64,000 nucleotides of DNA from Pristiophorus japonicus. Taxonomy: Eukaryota. Below the pieces are notes generated by a model. That model searched no databases. It saw only the letters and a program-made list of their open reading frames with translations, and was not told the origin of the DNA. Made by a program: the position numbers and the translations under genes. This document shows, one piece after another, positions 25,518 to 38,537 of this stretch (positions are counted from its first letter, which is position 1; each line of letters opens with the position of its first letter). The stretch is from positions 69,936,001 to 70,000,000 of the forward strand of contig NC_091991.1 in assembly GCF_044704955.1 (NCBI RefSeq), given 5' to 3'.

Positions 25518-26857
25518 ACTTACGTTGATTCCGAATATACGTAACTCACCACAAGTATGAATGGGAATACCCCTACTTTGGTTGGCCGGCCCACCTGATC
25601 CCAGGGAAGCATACAAAATGCCTACATCCCTGGGATACGTGGGTCTCTACGCAGGCCTTCACATAGAGGCCCAGGACCGCAAGTCATCGAATTTCCGGAC
25701 CACCAGGTAAGTTCGTAGAAATTTTTCAGGTCGGAGGCATCCGCCTGCAGGAAACCGCCCACCGTAATTTCTGCGCCAATGAGAAAACATTTTGGGACAT
25801 CATGTACTTGAAGCAAAACTGGGTAAAATACCTACTTAGAGGTATTCTCCAGGAATCAAAATTGTTGAGAGGAAATGCTAATAATAACCCTTTTCTAATA
25901 GACCAATATTCTACTTACAGGAAGGGCCATTGCTGAGTATATGCAAAGTCTTATGAGAAATCTAACAATAAATCTTAAGCTTCCTGATCATTACAATGTT
26001 AGCTTATATAAACTTAAACAAAAAAATGAAAAAGAATCCAAAATTGCATTTTTTCCATGAGTATGAGGTTTCCACAATAGATAATGTCTTCAATATTCAG
26101 TTTAGTCATTTATTTATTTCAAACATGGTGTACTTTGTGCAATAAATCTCAGCCTTGACAAACCTGAAAATGGGACACAATGACAAGAAAATCGCAAGCT
26201 TTATACCGGGTACAAAAGAAGCAAGGTCACAGTATGTAGGAGGAGTCATTATTCACAATGCTGAGGTCCACATGCCCTTAATACTATATTTCTACTTGGA
26301 CCCTTAATTCTGCCATGGGAGCAATTCATATTGAGGAATAACACAATCAACTCACACGCACAATCAATAAAGCAGCATCTATTATCTCTTTCCTTATATG
26401 CCAAGGGCAGCAGGAGAGAAAGACGGCATTATTTTCATCAACTTTTCTGCAGGAAAGTATTGAATTAGGAACTTTCAAAGTTGAAGTCTTTAAGAAAAGG
26501 TTGATTTGTGTGCTAAATCATTCAACTGCATGCTGCATTGAATTTGAAAGGACCTTATTAAAAAAGTACTGCACATGTGCACTATTTGCCACAAAATGGA
26601 GAAAGGTTAGTTACTGAATGGTCAGTTGACGCTTACTTGATCGTTCCTCTTTGTATTTATACTGTAACTTAACAGTGAAAACACATTGTATAAAATTGTC
26701 AATTCTGGAGAAATGGAAGTAGGAACAAAACATTGAAGACTCCAGCACAAGTGTAGTAAAAGAAACCACTTTGCCTGTAGCATCAAGCAAGATGTGCTGT
26801 ATGCCAAAAACTAAATGATAAAAGTGACGCACTTTAAACAATGTATAAAATAAATAA

Positions 26858-27260
26858 CTTCTATTTATGTCGCACTTTTCGTGACCTCAGAACATCCCAA
26901 AGCGCTTTACAGCCAATGAAGTACTTTTGGAGTGTAGTCACTGATGTAATGTAGGAACTGCGGCAGCCAATTTGTGCACAGCAAGCTCCCACAAACAGCA
27001 AAGTGATAATGACCAGATAATCTGTTTTAGTGATATTGGTTGACGGATAAATATTGGCCAGAACACCGGGGAGAACTCCCTTGCTCTTTGAAATAGTGCC
27101 AAGGGATCTTTTACGTTCAAAAGACAGCACCTCCAATAATGCAGTAATCCCTCAGCACTGCACTGAGAGTATCAACCTAGATTACATGCTCATGTCTTTG
27201 GGGTGGGTCTTGAACACTCAATCTTCTGACTCAGAGACGAGAGTGCTGCCACTGAACTAC
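26858..27260 (-). mobile_element. Deu-domain SINE
   Basis: collinear with 5741-6206, including the tRNA head near 27210-27260. Confidence 0.78.
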
Positions 27261-28568
27261 ATATGGGGTATGCTATTTAGATTGGTGTGTGTCTTATCTT
27301 TTACGTGATTGGTAACACCAAACAGTTGCTGCCAAACCAAAGAAAGGAATTTTCTAACAAATTGCAGTTGCTGTTTCACAGCTTTTGTCCATCACTGGGC
27401 GGTGTTTTTTCGGCGCCCAGTGAATTTTTTGGCGCCAAAGCTCACTCCAAAGATTACCCAGTGTTGGGGCGCTGGCATCTACTATGAGCGGCAGAATGTT
27501 TGGCGCCTTACATTCTGGCGCTGGTGTACCTGTAAAAGAAGGTTCCGCATCATTTTTTCACATAAGGCAAACTTTCCCCGCCAACAAATTTTTTAAATCG
27601 GCGCAGAGACCCTAGGAGCACCGTAGCAAAAACCCTTAACTACAGTTAGAGAATCCGCGCTGGCCCGCTGCTATCCCTGGCCGAAGGGACTTCCATTTAG
27701 CTTACAATTAAACTCTAAAGTAAGTTAAAGACCAAATTTAAACTATTCGCAGGTATAAATATAAAATAAATAAAAACTTACCCATACTGGTGCTCCTGCG
27801 ATGAAAAAAGAATGATGGCAAAAATAATTTTAAAAAAAATACTTACCTTTTTTCATCGATGTCCTCACGGCCCAAAATAATCCAAATAGTTCAAGGAAAA
27901 CATTATAAAGTTGCAAAAATGTAGAATCAGCATATCAAACCTCTTCTTCTTCTACAATGCAGTGCAACCTTTTCCCCATTCTCCTGGACGTTGAATGCAG
28001 CCGCTGCTAGCCCCCGGCCAAAGGTCCTCCACCCACACGGCCTGCCGCTAGCCCAGGCCGAAGGTCTGCACACAAAGGACAGTGCAAGACATTCCAGGCT
28101 CAAAGACAAGCAGCAGTGATCTCTAATAAAGGTGGAACGTTAAATTGAAAAAACATAATCCCACCACAAATCTTTTAGGTTTTTATGGTGTGTTGGAGTG
28201 CTTAGATGAACATAACCTTATGTTTATTAAATATTCCCACCACAAATCTTGAATGTTTAACTGGAGTTTGGGTGTGTTGGAGTGTTAAGTCTAAGTTGCT
28301 CATGGATCCAGACTGGGTGAGGGTCACTAATATATGCACCATGGTCCTTCGTTGCATGCATCAGTGATCCAGAACAAGGCAGGATCCATGAACACCTCAG
28401 TACTGGAACCTGCCCCTGTATTATTTCAACCAATAGGATGCAAAGGGTGATGCTATTTTACATTTTCAGTCCGGTTATCCTGCAGTATTTATTAGTGCAG
28501 CATTAAAAAAGTGAAGTGCAGGAGTCAGGTTAAAAGTGCAAAATTAAAATGTTTATGAAACATTTGTA

Positions 28569-29520
28569 CATCATCATCATAGACAGTCCCTCGGAATTGC
28601 TTCCACTCTAAAAATTAGTCCTTAGGTGGCTGAACAGTCCAATATGAGAGCCACAAGTTCCTGTCACAGGTGGGACAGATACTCGTTGTGGGAAAGAGTG
28701 GGAGGGACTGGTTTGCCGCACGCTCTTTCCGGTGCCTGCGCTTGATTTCTGCATGCTCTCGGCGACGAGACTCCCGGATGCACTTCCTCAACTTAGGGCG
28801 GTCTTTGGCCAGGGACTCCCAGGTGATAGTGGGGATGTTGCACTTTATCAGGGAGGCTTTGAGGGTGTCCTTGTAATGTTTCCTCTGTCCACATTTGGCT
28901 CGTTTGCCGTGAAGGAGTTCCGAGTAGAGCGCTTGTTTTGGGAGTCTTGTGTCTGGCATGCGAACAATGTGGCCTGCCCAACGGAGCTGATCAAGTGTGT
29001 TCAGTGCTTCAATGCTGGGGATGTTGGCCTGGTCAAGGACGCTAACGCTGGTGCGTCTATCCTCCCAGGGGATTTGCAGGATCTTGCGGAGACATCGTTG
29101 GTGGTATTTCTCCAGCGACTTGAGGTGTCTACTGTACATGGTCCATGTCTCTGAGCCATACAGGAGGGCAGCTATTACTACAGCCCTGTAGACCATGAGC
29201 TTGGTGGCAGATTTGAGGGCCTCGTCTTCAAACATTCTTTTCCTCTGGCAGCCGGAGGCTGCACTGGCGCACTGGAGGCGGTGTTGAATCTCATCGTCAA
29301 TGTCTGCTCTTGTTGATAAGAGGCTCCCGAGGTATGGGAAATGATCCACGTTGTGCCCTGGATCTTGATGACTGGGGGGGCAGTTTGGTTGAGAACCTTT
29401 GTCTTACGGATATTTAGCGAAAGGCCCATGTTTTCATATCCCTCAGTAAATACATTGACTATGACTTGGAATTCAGCCTCTGTATGTGCGCAGACGCAGG
29501 CATTGTCCGCGTATTGTAGT
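28569..29520 (-). mobile_element. 5'-truncated RTE (RTE-BovB-like) LINE
   Basis: QYADN, HFPYLGS, LLYGSETW, LRWAGHIVRMPDTRLPKQ and CPTCDR motifs; (gat)n tail. Confidence 0.92.
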
Positions 29521-29615
29521 TGTGATTAGCATGACTTTACTTATGTTTAAATCTTCAAAACTTAGAAAACTTTATTCAGAGCAGTGGCAAATTTTACAAA
29601 CGACAATGAATTAAA

Positions 29616-31125
29616 TCAACCAAAAAAACAAACAATTATTCTATCCTCTTCATTCGCACTGTGCGCCAATCCTGCCCCAGTAGATGCCGCCACCCTGCAC
29701 GTGCCCGTAGTTGCAGACTTCTGCTTCCTTGCCCACCCCTGTACCGCCAGGTGTAGTCTGTTCCTTTTCCGGCGCGGCATTCCTTGATGCTGGGCTACAA
29801 CAGGGACAGTGCCAAAATGTGTCATGGCGGAATGCCCGGGTACCTCTTTGTCGTCAGAGTCATCCTCAGGATCAACCCTTGAATTTGGTGTGGAGTGGAA
29901 AGTGCTCCTCGCATTAAGGGCAGCCTGGGTGAGCCCTAGTGCCGATACTACCTCATCCAACCATCCCGAAAGTCTTTCAACTTGTAATGACAATCCCCCC
30001 AACTCTGCCCTCACCCCACCAACGGCTTCTAGGAGCAATCGACATTGCTCGATGTTCTCCTTGCTCATCCCCACAAGATATCCTAAGTTCTCAGAGTCCA
30101 GAGTTTCTGGATCAGGTCTGGAGTTCGCAGGTGTGGCTTGCTGCGACATACTTAAACCCGCAGCCTCAGATGTCACACTAGAAAAGTCCTCTCACTTGAT
30201 TTGCTCATGAAAGGGCTTGGAATCCTCGATGATTTCAGCACCTCCAAATCCAGGGTAACCATCTCGTCGTCTATGACTTCTTGCTGCTCATCATTATGCT
30301 CAGTTGTAATATCTGACGTGTCATTTTCTTGAACATTCTCGCCTTCAACTTCAGGTGCACCTTCTGTCTCCTCCTGATGCTCAACCTCTGTGAAACAAAA
30401 GATAGATGCTTGGTTAGCAGCACTGTGGAAGGAGAAGCATAGGAAGCACATACAGTACATAACATTCAGCCAACCCATACTGTGCAATTTGCAGGGCTTA
30501 CCCTCTCATGAAAAACTGGGCCCAGCTTGCGCGTTGATTGTTGGTCTTCTCCTGTGGCATTTAATGATTGACGCTATCCTCTGCTCCAAGGCTGTTAGTT
30601 GCAGCCTACTGGGCAGACTTCCTCCAGTTTGTGACTGTTCTCGGTTGATCTGTGACACCATCTACAAAGATGCAAATGCAACTTTTTAAAGAGAGGGTCT
30701 TTCTAAACACACGCGCACGCCCGTGTGCACACACACACACACACACACACACCACATTTGCAGATGTTATTGCAGTGCATAAATATACATATATTTTAAA
30801 GCCCAAATAAATGTAAGTTTAATGTATTACTTACAGTCACTGCTTGTCTGAGGTCCTGCCACCATTTCTTCAGCTGCGCACCGGTTCTCGGGGTCATGGA
30901 CATTCCATTAAACTCGACTGCGACCTGGTCCCAAACTTTTACGAGTGCAGAAGGTTTAAGCTTATTTTTACCGAAGCTCCCCTTGTTCTCAAGAACTTCC
31001 CATCTACTCGCGATTAAGTCTACCAGGTGCTCAATTTCATCCGCACAAAATCTCTTTACCCTTATGGTTTCCCCTTCTCCGAACCTGGCCCTTTCACCTT
31101 CTCTGCACCCTTCCATTGCAGCCAT
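29616..31125 (-). pseudogene. Harbinger Myb/SANT gene; exons 31125-30835, 30661-30502 and about 30387-29616; one TGA and one frameshift
   Basis: RVKRFCADEIEHLVDLI...WDQVAVEFNGMSMTPRTGAQLKKWWQDL; gtaagt and gtaagc donors; tttgtag and ttcacag acceptors; QTGG motif. Confidence 0.8.
30727..30753. repeat. (CA)n microsatellite in intron 1 of the Myb gene
   Basis: directly visible CA run. Confidence 0.9.
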
Positions 31126-32099
31126 CTCGTGAACGAAGCTGTATTTCTTACCTGTGAATCCACCTCTGCCACCAATGGATTCTCACAGTCCCCACACGTG
31201 CTGTTTGTTTTATACTTTGTACTGCGCGTGTGCAGATGGGTTTTTTTCTGCGCATGCGCAGTGGGATTACAAATGTTTTGTTAATTTGTGCACATGCACA
31301 TTGCGCATGTGCAGTGGGTTAGGATTTTTTTTTCCTCGCATGTGCTGTGCCGTTTCAGTGCACATTGGAGGCTCCGCCCTACAGAGTTGGATCAGGAAGC
31401 GCCTGTGCCAGAGGGTGCGCATTGGTGAGTAAACTACGATTTTTTCTTTTCAGTGCTGAGGGGCCTAAAAAAAATGGGCGTCCAGGTAAGTTAAGGCAAG
31501 TTTTTTCTTTGGGGAAAATTGGGGCCTTTGAAAGTTAAGCTTCCAGTCGTAAGTTGATTGAAATGAGGTGAAATTACTGACTAAATAGCTGGAAGTAATT
31601 TATTTGACCTTTTCAAAATAAGTTGGATATGGCTCTTACAAATATACAATAAGGGCGAGAAAAGATCATCAGGTCCATCAATGCTAACTTTATTCACGTG
31701 ACGGTACAAACGTGCACACCACCCTCCCCAGCTATGGCCAATTTCTAGAAAAACTCATGAGAAATTCCTTCCAACTCCATAATGTAATGAGGCAAACACC
31801 AGGAATGCAGGATTCTTTAGGGCACATTATTGGGCAAACTTAATTAACCCACACATCCCAGATATGCCCAATGTCCTTCTCTCTCAGGAACCTGCCAAAT
31901 CTCTTCAGAAAGGAGAGTAACATACCCATACTTAGCACATCCACCTTTCAAGGCAAAGTAACAACTAAAGCTAAGGGAAAAGTGTAGAACCATTGATGTT
32001 AACAGCATTCAGCCCATCTTGTCTATGCTGGCTTTTTGCTAGAGCAATCCAAAACTAATCCCACTGTACTACTCTCTCCTTGCAGTGAAAGGGTGGACC

Positions 32100-35000
32100 A
32101 ATATTGGATGCAGTCTAATTGCAAGTCATGATTGCCACAGGCTTTTTTCACAACTTAAAGTGTATGTTCATTGATGCTGCAGCACCTCATTCTCAGCATC
32201 CGTGCAGCTGCCCCAACAACCATAAGAAGGAGGACAAGGAGAAGGAAGAGTTCTTTACAAATCTTGATGGCAGTTCGTCGCCCCAAGAAGAGGTTCTCGG
32301 ATGAAGCTTTGGAGGCATTGGTTTATGTGGTGGAAAGAAGTTGGGTGATCCTATACCCGACAACTGGCAGGAGGTCCTCGCCATAAGTCTGCTGCACTAT
32401 GTGGCGGCAGGTGGCACACCACATCACGGGCAGCGCTGTGGTCGCTAGGGACCATACCCAGTGCAGGAAGAAGTTTAACGACCTTGCACGGATGGTCAGG
32501 GTGAGTGAAGGCTTCAACAAATACTACATACCACAAGCTTCACACACTGCTCAATGCACCACACCCCCGGCACTCACCCACCAACAATCCCTACCTATCA
32601 ACTCTCACACCCATATCTCACACCTTGCACACAATGACAGCTATTTAACTATGGCAGGCACATCACTCAAACACATCGCATCACACTCATGCACTTTTCT
32701 TTCTCTTGCATGCCAAGGTGGCTCACAACCAGCGTGAGCAGGAGTGGACAGGAAGGGGCGAAGCCCACATTGAAGAGCTGAGCCAGCTGGAGACAAGAGT
32801 ACTGGAGATCATTGGGTGCCAGTGGTGAGCACCATGGCCACCGGCGACATTGACTCCCTTGGGGCCAAGAACAGTATGTTCATCCCTACTCCTTCTGCTC
32901 ACATCCCACTTCCCCCTCAGCCCACAATCTTTTCTCACTTTCAAGCTACTCATGCTGTATGTATGCATTTCTGCCTTCCTGTTCCCTCCCCTCACCATAA
33001 CCCAACTCTTGTGCCTTTCTGCTTTCAGATAATCAGTAAGCACTCGAGCAGCCTGTCCTCGAGGGCACCTCAGGGAGTGATGGGGGAGAAGAGGAGGAAG
33101 ACGACATTGCGTCACTGTATCTGTCACTCGCAGACACCAGCTCAGATACTGGCACTACGCATTCTTTAGAGACTAATGTGGTAGTGGGATCTGCACAGAA
33201 AGAGGCACCGGGCAGGAGTGGGCTGCAGCAGGGCCAGGGGGAAAAGGGTAGGTCAGGGGCCAGCTCCCCGGAGGGCTTGTTCTGCTGTACATAACTCAGA
33301 TGAGGACCTTGATGGGGTGGCCTTCAGAAGCAGGGTGATGGGCATGCACATGGAAATGATAGGTGCAATGGCAAGCCTGACAGAGAGCCTCTCGGCAATG
33401 GCAAGGAGCGTGGAGGAGTCCGCCTCCAACATTGCACGGGGCTCTGCACAGAGCATGGAGCCCATAATGTCACATCTGCAAATGATGGTACACTCCCATA
33501 AACACTGCAGCAACCCAGACGTGATGGTCCACAAGATGAGCAATGTTACAGTTTCCATAGCAGCACAGGCGTAAGCGACCCATCTTAAGGCTGCAGCAGA
33601 AACTCAGACTGCTCTCATGCAGTCTCTGCTTGGTGGAATCCAAGCTCTGCCTGCTCTCATGCAGTCTCAACATGATGCCATTCAAGCTGTGACTGCTGCC
33701 ATCGAATTGGGCTTTCATGGTGTAGCAGGGGGCCAGCAATCTGAGCTCCAACAGATTGCTAGGAATGCTGAGGCGCCCGGTCTGTGGCAGTGGGTCTGTG
33801 GAACAGGAACCTGCTGTTCTAGCTCAGGATGACAGCATCCCTACTCCAACCACTGCCACCCAGCCATTGCTCTTGCAGCTGCCTGTCAGCCAACCAGCCC
33901 AGACTGCTGCCACACATGCCGAGGTGGTGCAGTCTACAGCCGGGCCTTCTCGGTCACAGCTCTTCGAGGTCATCCTGCAATGCCATCTGAAGTGTCTCGC
34001 ATGGAAACTCAGCAGCCTTCCACCAGCCATGATGCAGCCACTGGGGACACACTGCGTAGGAGCATTAGAGCTGGAAAAGACACATGAATGACAGGCACTA
34101 AGGGATTGCCAAAGGGTGATTAGTTAATATTATTCATGTAACATGCGTGGTATGTTGATAGATGAATGCATTAATTGTGTTTGGAATCTTGTGTGGTGTC
34201 TCTCATTTCAACTGTGTGCCCAGAAGTCTGCTGTGATATAGTGTGAGACAAGGGTGGTATGATGGGGATGTGGTGAGCTACACGGAATCTGATGAGCCAG
34301 TCATGGATAGCCTGTCCAAAAGGCTGATTGTTTGGCTTCCTCCTCCCTCCCTCCTCTTCCTCCACATCATTGTCCTCCTGAGGTGGTCCCACAATCCCTG
34401 GTGGAAAGGGCTGCACCCTCAACATAGCCAATTTGTGGAACATGCCAATGTACTTCCTTGTCCTGTTGTAGAGAGCCTCTGTGACCTCCCGGATGCAGCC
34501 TGACTGCAAACTGCAAGATGTTAGCTATGTCTCCTGCTGCAGACTGGAAGGATCCACTGGTGAAGAAATTGAGGGCCACGGTGACCTTGACTGCCACTGG
34601 GAGAGCCGTGGTTGCCCTGGTCTGAGGCTGGAGATCTGGTTGCAGGAGGTGGCAGAGTTCTGTGACCACTTTCTTGGTGAAGCGGAGCCTCCTACTACAC
34701 TGCTCCTCACTTAATTGAAGGCAGGAGTGTAAGAAATTATGAATCTAAAGAAATTGCAAATTATAAAAGAAATAATGATTTTATAAAAGAAAAACTTGTG
34801 CTAGCTCGGCAGACACAGAGAGCTAAAGTCAAGACAGAAAAACAGGCCTTCAGGTCCAGCTGTGGCATTAGCAAGGAACCTTAAAGATAAACAAGCTGTC
34901 TCTTGAAAGGGCAACAAGACATGCAGACAGAGATAAGGAAGAAAATGATCTCATAGGTATCCTTTCCCCTGTGATTGGACAACTGAATTTGTAAAAAATG

Positions 35001-35956
35001 ATCGATGCAAGGTATCCACTGGCCCACCGAAATAAGGTATCAAAACGGGCAACTGAGAGAGAAACAGGCAGACTGAGAAGAGAGTTTCCTCAAGGTGGAT
35101 CTCATCTGGGCTTCAGCCTAACACCTTGGCCAAGCTCAAATCTGTGAGGTGGACTCCATGGTGGCTTCGACCTAACACCTCTACCAGCTCGGGATCTGTT
35201 CAGAGATCGCCGTTCTGCCTCAATGTCCGTCCGTCCGTTCCAGGGCCATAGATCGTTCTCATCTGTCACAGGTTGTATGTTTACTATATCTATCTTAATT
35301 ACGTGTTGTATCTGATTATGCTTATAACTGACGCTCTTTAATAAAACGCCTTACAATTCCCAAGACCCTTTGGGTAATCTTTGTGTGACCTGAGATCCAA
35401 ATCTTACAAGAGAAGTAATGTCGGAAGACTCTAGGAGGGTAAGGCCTCTTGTTGGCCCTCCTCCTCCCTCTATGCACATGTTCCTGTCTTTTTCGCTGCT
35501 TCTGCTTCCTCCGCCATAGATCCTGGAGAGTGAGGTCGACTGACAGTACAGCACCCATAACTTTGAATAAGTGTTGTAGTTTGAAACGTTTCTCAAACTT
35601 CAAAACCCCGTTAGGTGCGAGTGATTTCTGATTATCCCTTTAAATAGCGTCGCTCAAGTTGGCTTCCTGCTGCTGCACACCACCTCAACCTGTTGTTGCT
35701 TTCTCCAGCCATTAAGTTCAAAGGCTAAAACAAAGTTGGGAGATTGGGCATTAAGTGAGCGTTGCACATTCACTGACGTCATGATCTTCATGATTGTGAT
35801 GTCCCCAGCGATCGAGTTTAGTTGCAGCACTACCAGCAAGACGGATATGGTGTGCCTTGCTGGAACCACCATTAGCTATCAGTACAGCGCTGAATGACAT
35901 TTTAACGCCATATCATGATGCTAATGTGTGGTGCTAAACACACGAATTTCTCCGCC
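32100..35956. mobile_element. Third Harbinger element, related to 2330-6468: Myb/SANT on + (about 32250-34090), deleted transposase on - (about 34250-35560)
   Basis: RFSDEALEALV, WRQVA...QCRKKFNDL, VTELCHLLQPDLQP...LPVAVKVTVALNFFTSGSFQ; right TIR aatttctccgcc. Confidence 0.83.
34728..35408 (+). mobile_element. 681-bp solo LTR (ERV- or Gypsy-type) inserted in the Harbinger transposase
   Basis: termini TGTAAGA...TCTTACA; AATAAA at about 35340; flanks ggag / agag; removing it rejoins the transposase reading RVFRHYFS-CLQLSEEQC. Confidence 0.78.
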
Positions 35957-36437
35957 AGGACTGTTGTGAATGCCACATTTAAACCAACTATGAGCAGCAC
36001 AGCAACAGCCTGGTGTAAAGCACTCCAATGATTTCCCATCCATTGCAAGAAAAGAGCATCCAAACTGTCTTGCATCTCTCTCTCCAAATGCAAAATTGGG
36101 ATTGAGACCTTACTACATGAGAAGTCATGTCCATTTGTCCTATTCCAAGACTGCATTGCCCCCATTAAACTCACATCCAGAAATAACACTGATTTAACAC
36201 AGGAAAGATGCAGACATTTTTCTCTCATTTTTATAATGGAGGAAAATGTTCAAACCACAGGACATTTCCTAATTCACCCATTATCTGAGGAACTATGTTT
36301 GGAAAGTCACAACAGGTCCTCGTTGTGAGCTAGACCTGAGTCTGTGGTTAACTACCTTTCTCCTAATTTATTTCCCTAAAACTGTCACAAAATGCAAAGA
36401 ATCTGCATGGGACTCTCCATTAAATTAACCAAAACAT

Positions 36438-36815
36438 TATCATCATCATCATAGGCAGTCCCTCAGAATCGAGGAAGATTTGCTTCCACTCTTAACATGA
36501 GTTCTTAGGTGGCTGTACAGTCCAATACGAGATCCACAGTCTCTGTCACAGGTGAACTGAGGCCTTGGATGTCCTCTCAGGTGGATGTAGAGATTCCATG
36601 GCACTATTTCGAAGAAGAGCAGCGGAGTTTTCCCCAGTGTCCAGGTCAATAATTATCTCTCAACCAACATCACTAAAAACAGATTATCTGGTCATTATCT
36701 CATTGCTGTTTGTGGCAGCTTGCTGTGTGCAAATTAACTACTGTGTTTCCTACATTACAACAATGACTATACTTCAAAAATATTTCATTGGCGGTAAAGT
36801 GTTTTAGGATGTTCT
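36438..36815. mobile_element. RTE 3' end (-, 36438-36553) abutting a Deu-SINE fragment (+, about 36555-36815)
   Basis: catcatcatcataggcagtccc tail and CDRDCGSRIGLYSHLRTH, then Deu core. Confidence 0.75.
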
Positions 36816-37576
36816 GACATCCAGGCAAACACAGACATTGAGTACATCAGAACTCGATAGCCTCAGGCCTCCAAACCAATTTTCCAACATGAAATTGGGC
36901 AGGAAACGTGAGCAAGTCTGGACTCCCCACCTTATTATCTAGTATCACACATTTGCTACTGGTGCAGCCATTACCATCCACAGCAATTTCAAGGCTCATC
37001 TTCTAAAGATGGCCACTTATCAAATTGAATACAGAGGGCTCGTAATTCCAAAGTCTCTGCTCCACCACGATAAGAGCAAAGTCGGGCAATCCCTGGCCAC
37101 TGATGGCCAATGATGTTGACCCTATTCCAAATCATGGGGAAGAGATGATTGAAGTAGTCGAGGTGGGTGGCCTGCACCGTGAAAAGGTACAACAGAGGAC
37201 CTCCTCCCAACAGCCAGCGGGAAAATCAAAGTTGCACCGTGCCACTTCAATACAGGGGGCACGGGGCCTTGGAAGGGTTGAGGATTTCAGTGCCTCAAGT
37301 TGTGATTTGCCCTGCAGGAATGAAATGGACAGAATGGAGGAGGAGATTAGTTTTCTTTAACTCTTGCCCACTCAAACCTCTGATATGGAGGGGGGGGGGG
37401 GTGGAGGAATGAGAGGAAAGAGACAGGCAGGTGGCTTTCCTGCTATCTCCAACCCTCAACCAGAATTAGGGTACACATCCTGTAACATCATTGAGATTAA
37501 ATCCAATACCATTACAGATCAGTAGTAAACAAACACACTTTGGGTTGAATCGTGATTTGCTAGCTGGAGTCTGCTG

Positions 37577-38537
37577 ACATAAAAACATAGAAAATAGGTG
37601 CAGGAGTAGGCCATTCGGTCCTTCGAGCCTGCACCACCATTCAATAAGATCATGGCTGACCGATCATTCACTTCAGTACCCCTTTCCTGCTTTCTCTCCA
37701 TACCCCTTGATCTCTTTAGCTGTAAGGGCCATATCTAACTCCCTCTTGAATATATCCAATGAACTGGCATCAACAACTCTCTGCAGTAGGGAATTCCACA
37801 GGTTAACAACTCTCTGAGTGAAGAAGTTTCTCCTCATCTCAGTCCTAAATGGCTTACCCCTTATCCTTAGACTGTGTCTCCTGGTTCTGGACTTCCCCAA
37901 CATCGGGAACATTCTTCCTGCATCTAACCTGTCCAGTCCTGTCAGAATTTTATATGTTTCTATGAGATCCTCTTTCATCTTTCGAAACTCCAGTGAATAA
38001 AGACCCAGTCGATCCAATCTCTCCTCATATGTCAGTCCAGCCATCCCGGGAATCAGTCTGGTGAACCTTCGCTGCACTCCCTCAATAGCAAGAACGTCCT
38101 TCCTCAGATTAGGAGACCAAAACTGAACACAATATTCCAGGTGAGGTCTCACCAAGGCCCTGTACAACTACAATAAGACCTCCCTGTTCCTATACTCAAA
38201 TCCCCTAGCTATGAAGGCCAATATACCATTTGTCTTCTTCACCACCTGCTGTACATGCATGCCAACTTTCAATTAATGATGTACCATGACACCCAGGTCT
38301 CGTTGCACCTCACCTTTTCCTAATCTGCCGCCATTCAGATAATATTCTGCCTTTATGTTTTTGTCCCCAAAGTGGATAACTTCACATTTATCCACATTAT
38401 ACTGCATCTGCCATGCATTTGCCCATTTACCTAACCTGTCCAAGTCACTCTGCAGCCTCTTAGCATTCTCCTCACAGCTCACACTGCCACCCAGCTTAGT
38501 GTCATCTGCAAACGTGGAGATATTACACTCAATTCCT
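37577..38537 (-). mobile_element. 5'-truncated CR1
   Basis: FADD region through GIKGYGEKAGKGY; small internal deletion near 38275; catagaaaa tail. Confidence 0.92.

Larger units (their letters stand above)
21966..25777. mobile_element. Harbinger-type MITE (about 0.7 kb of its own sequence) interrupted by two CR1 insertions
   Basis: termini ggccctgaatt / aatttctgcgcc; 3-bp TSD aat at 21963-21965 and 25778-25780; internal palindromes. Confidence 0.75.
27390..31526. mobile_element. Harbinger element of a second family, carrying a Myb/SANT gene on -; no recognisable transposase
   Basis: right TIR ggggaaaattggggcc (31511-31526) resembles the MITE at 51806-52618; left boundary uncertain; RTE inserted inside. 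Confidence 0.7.
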
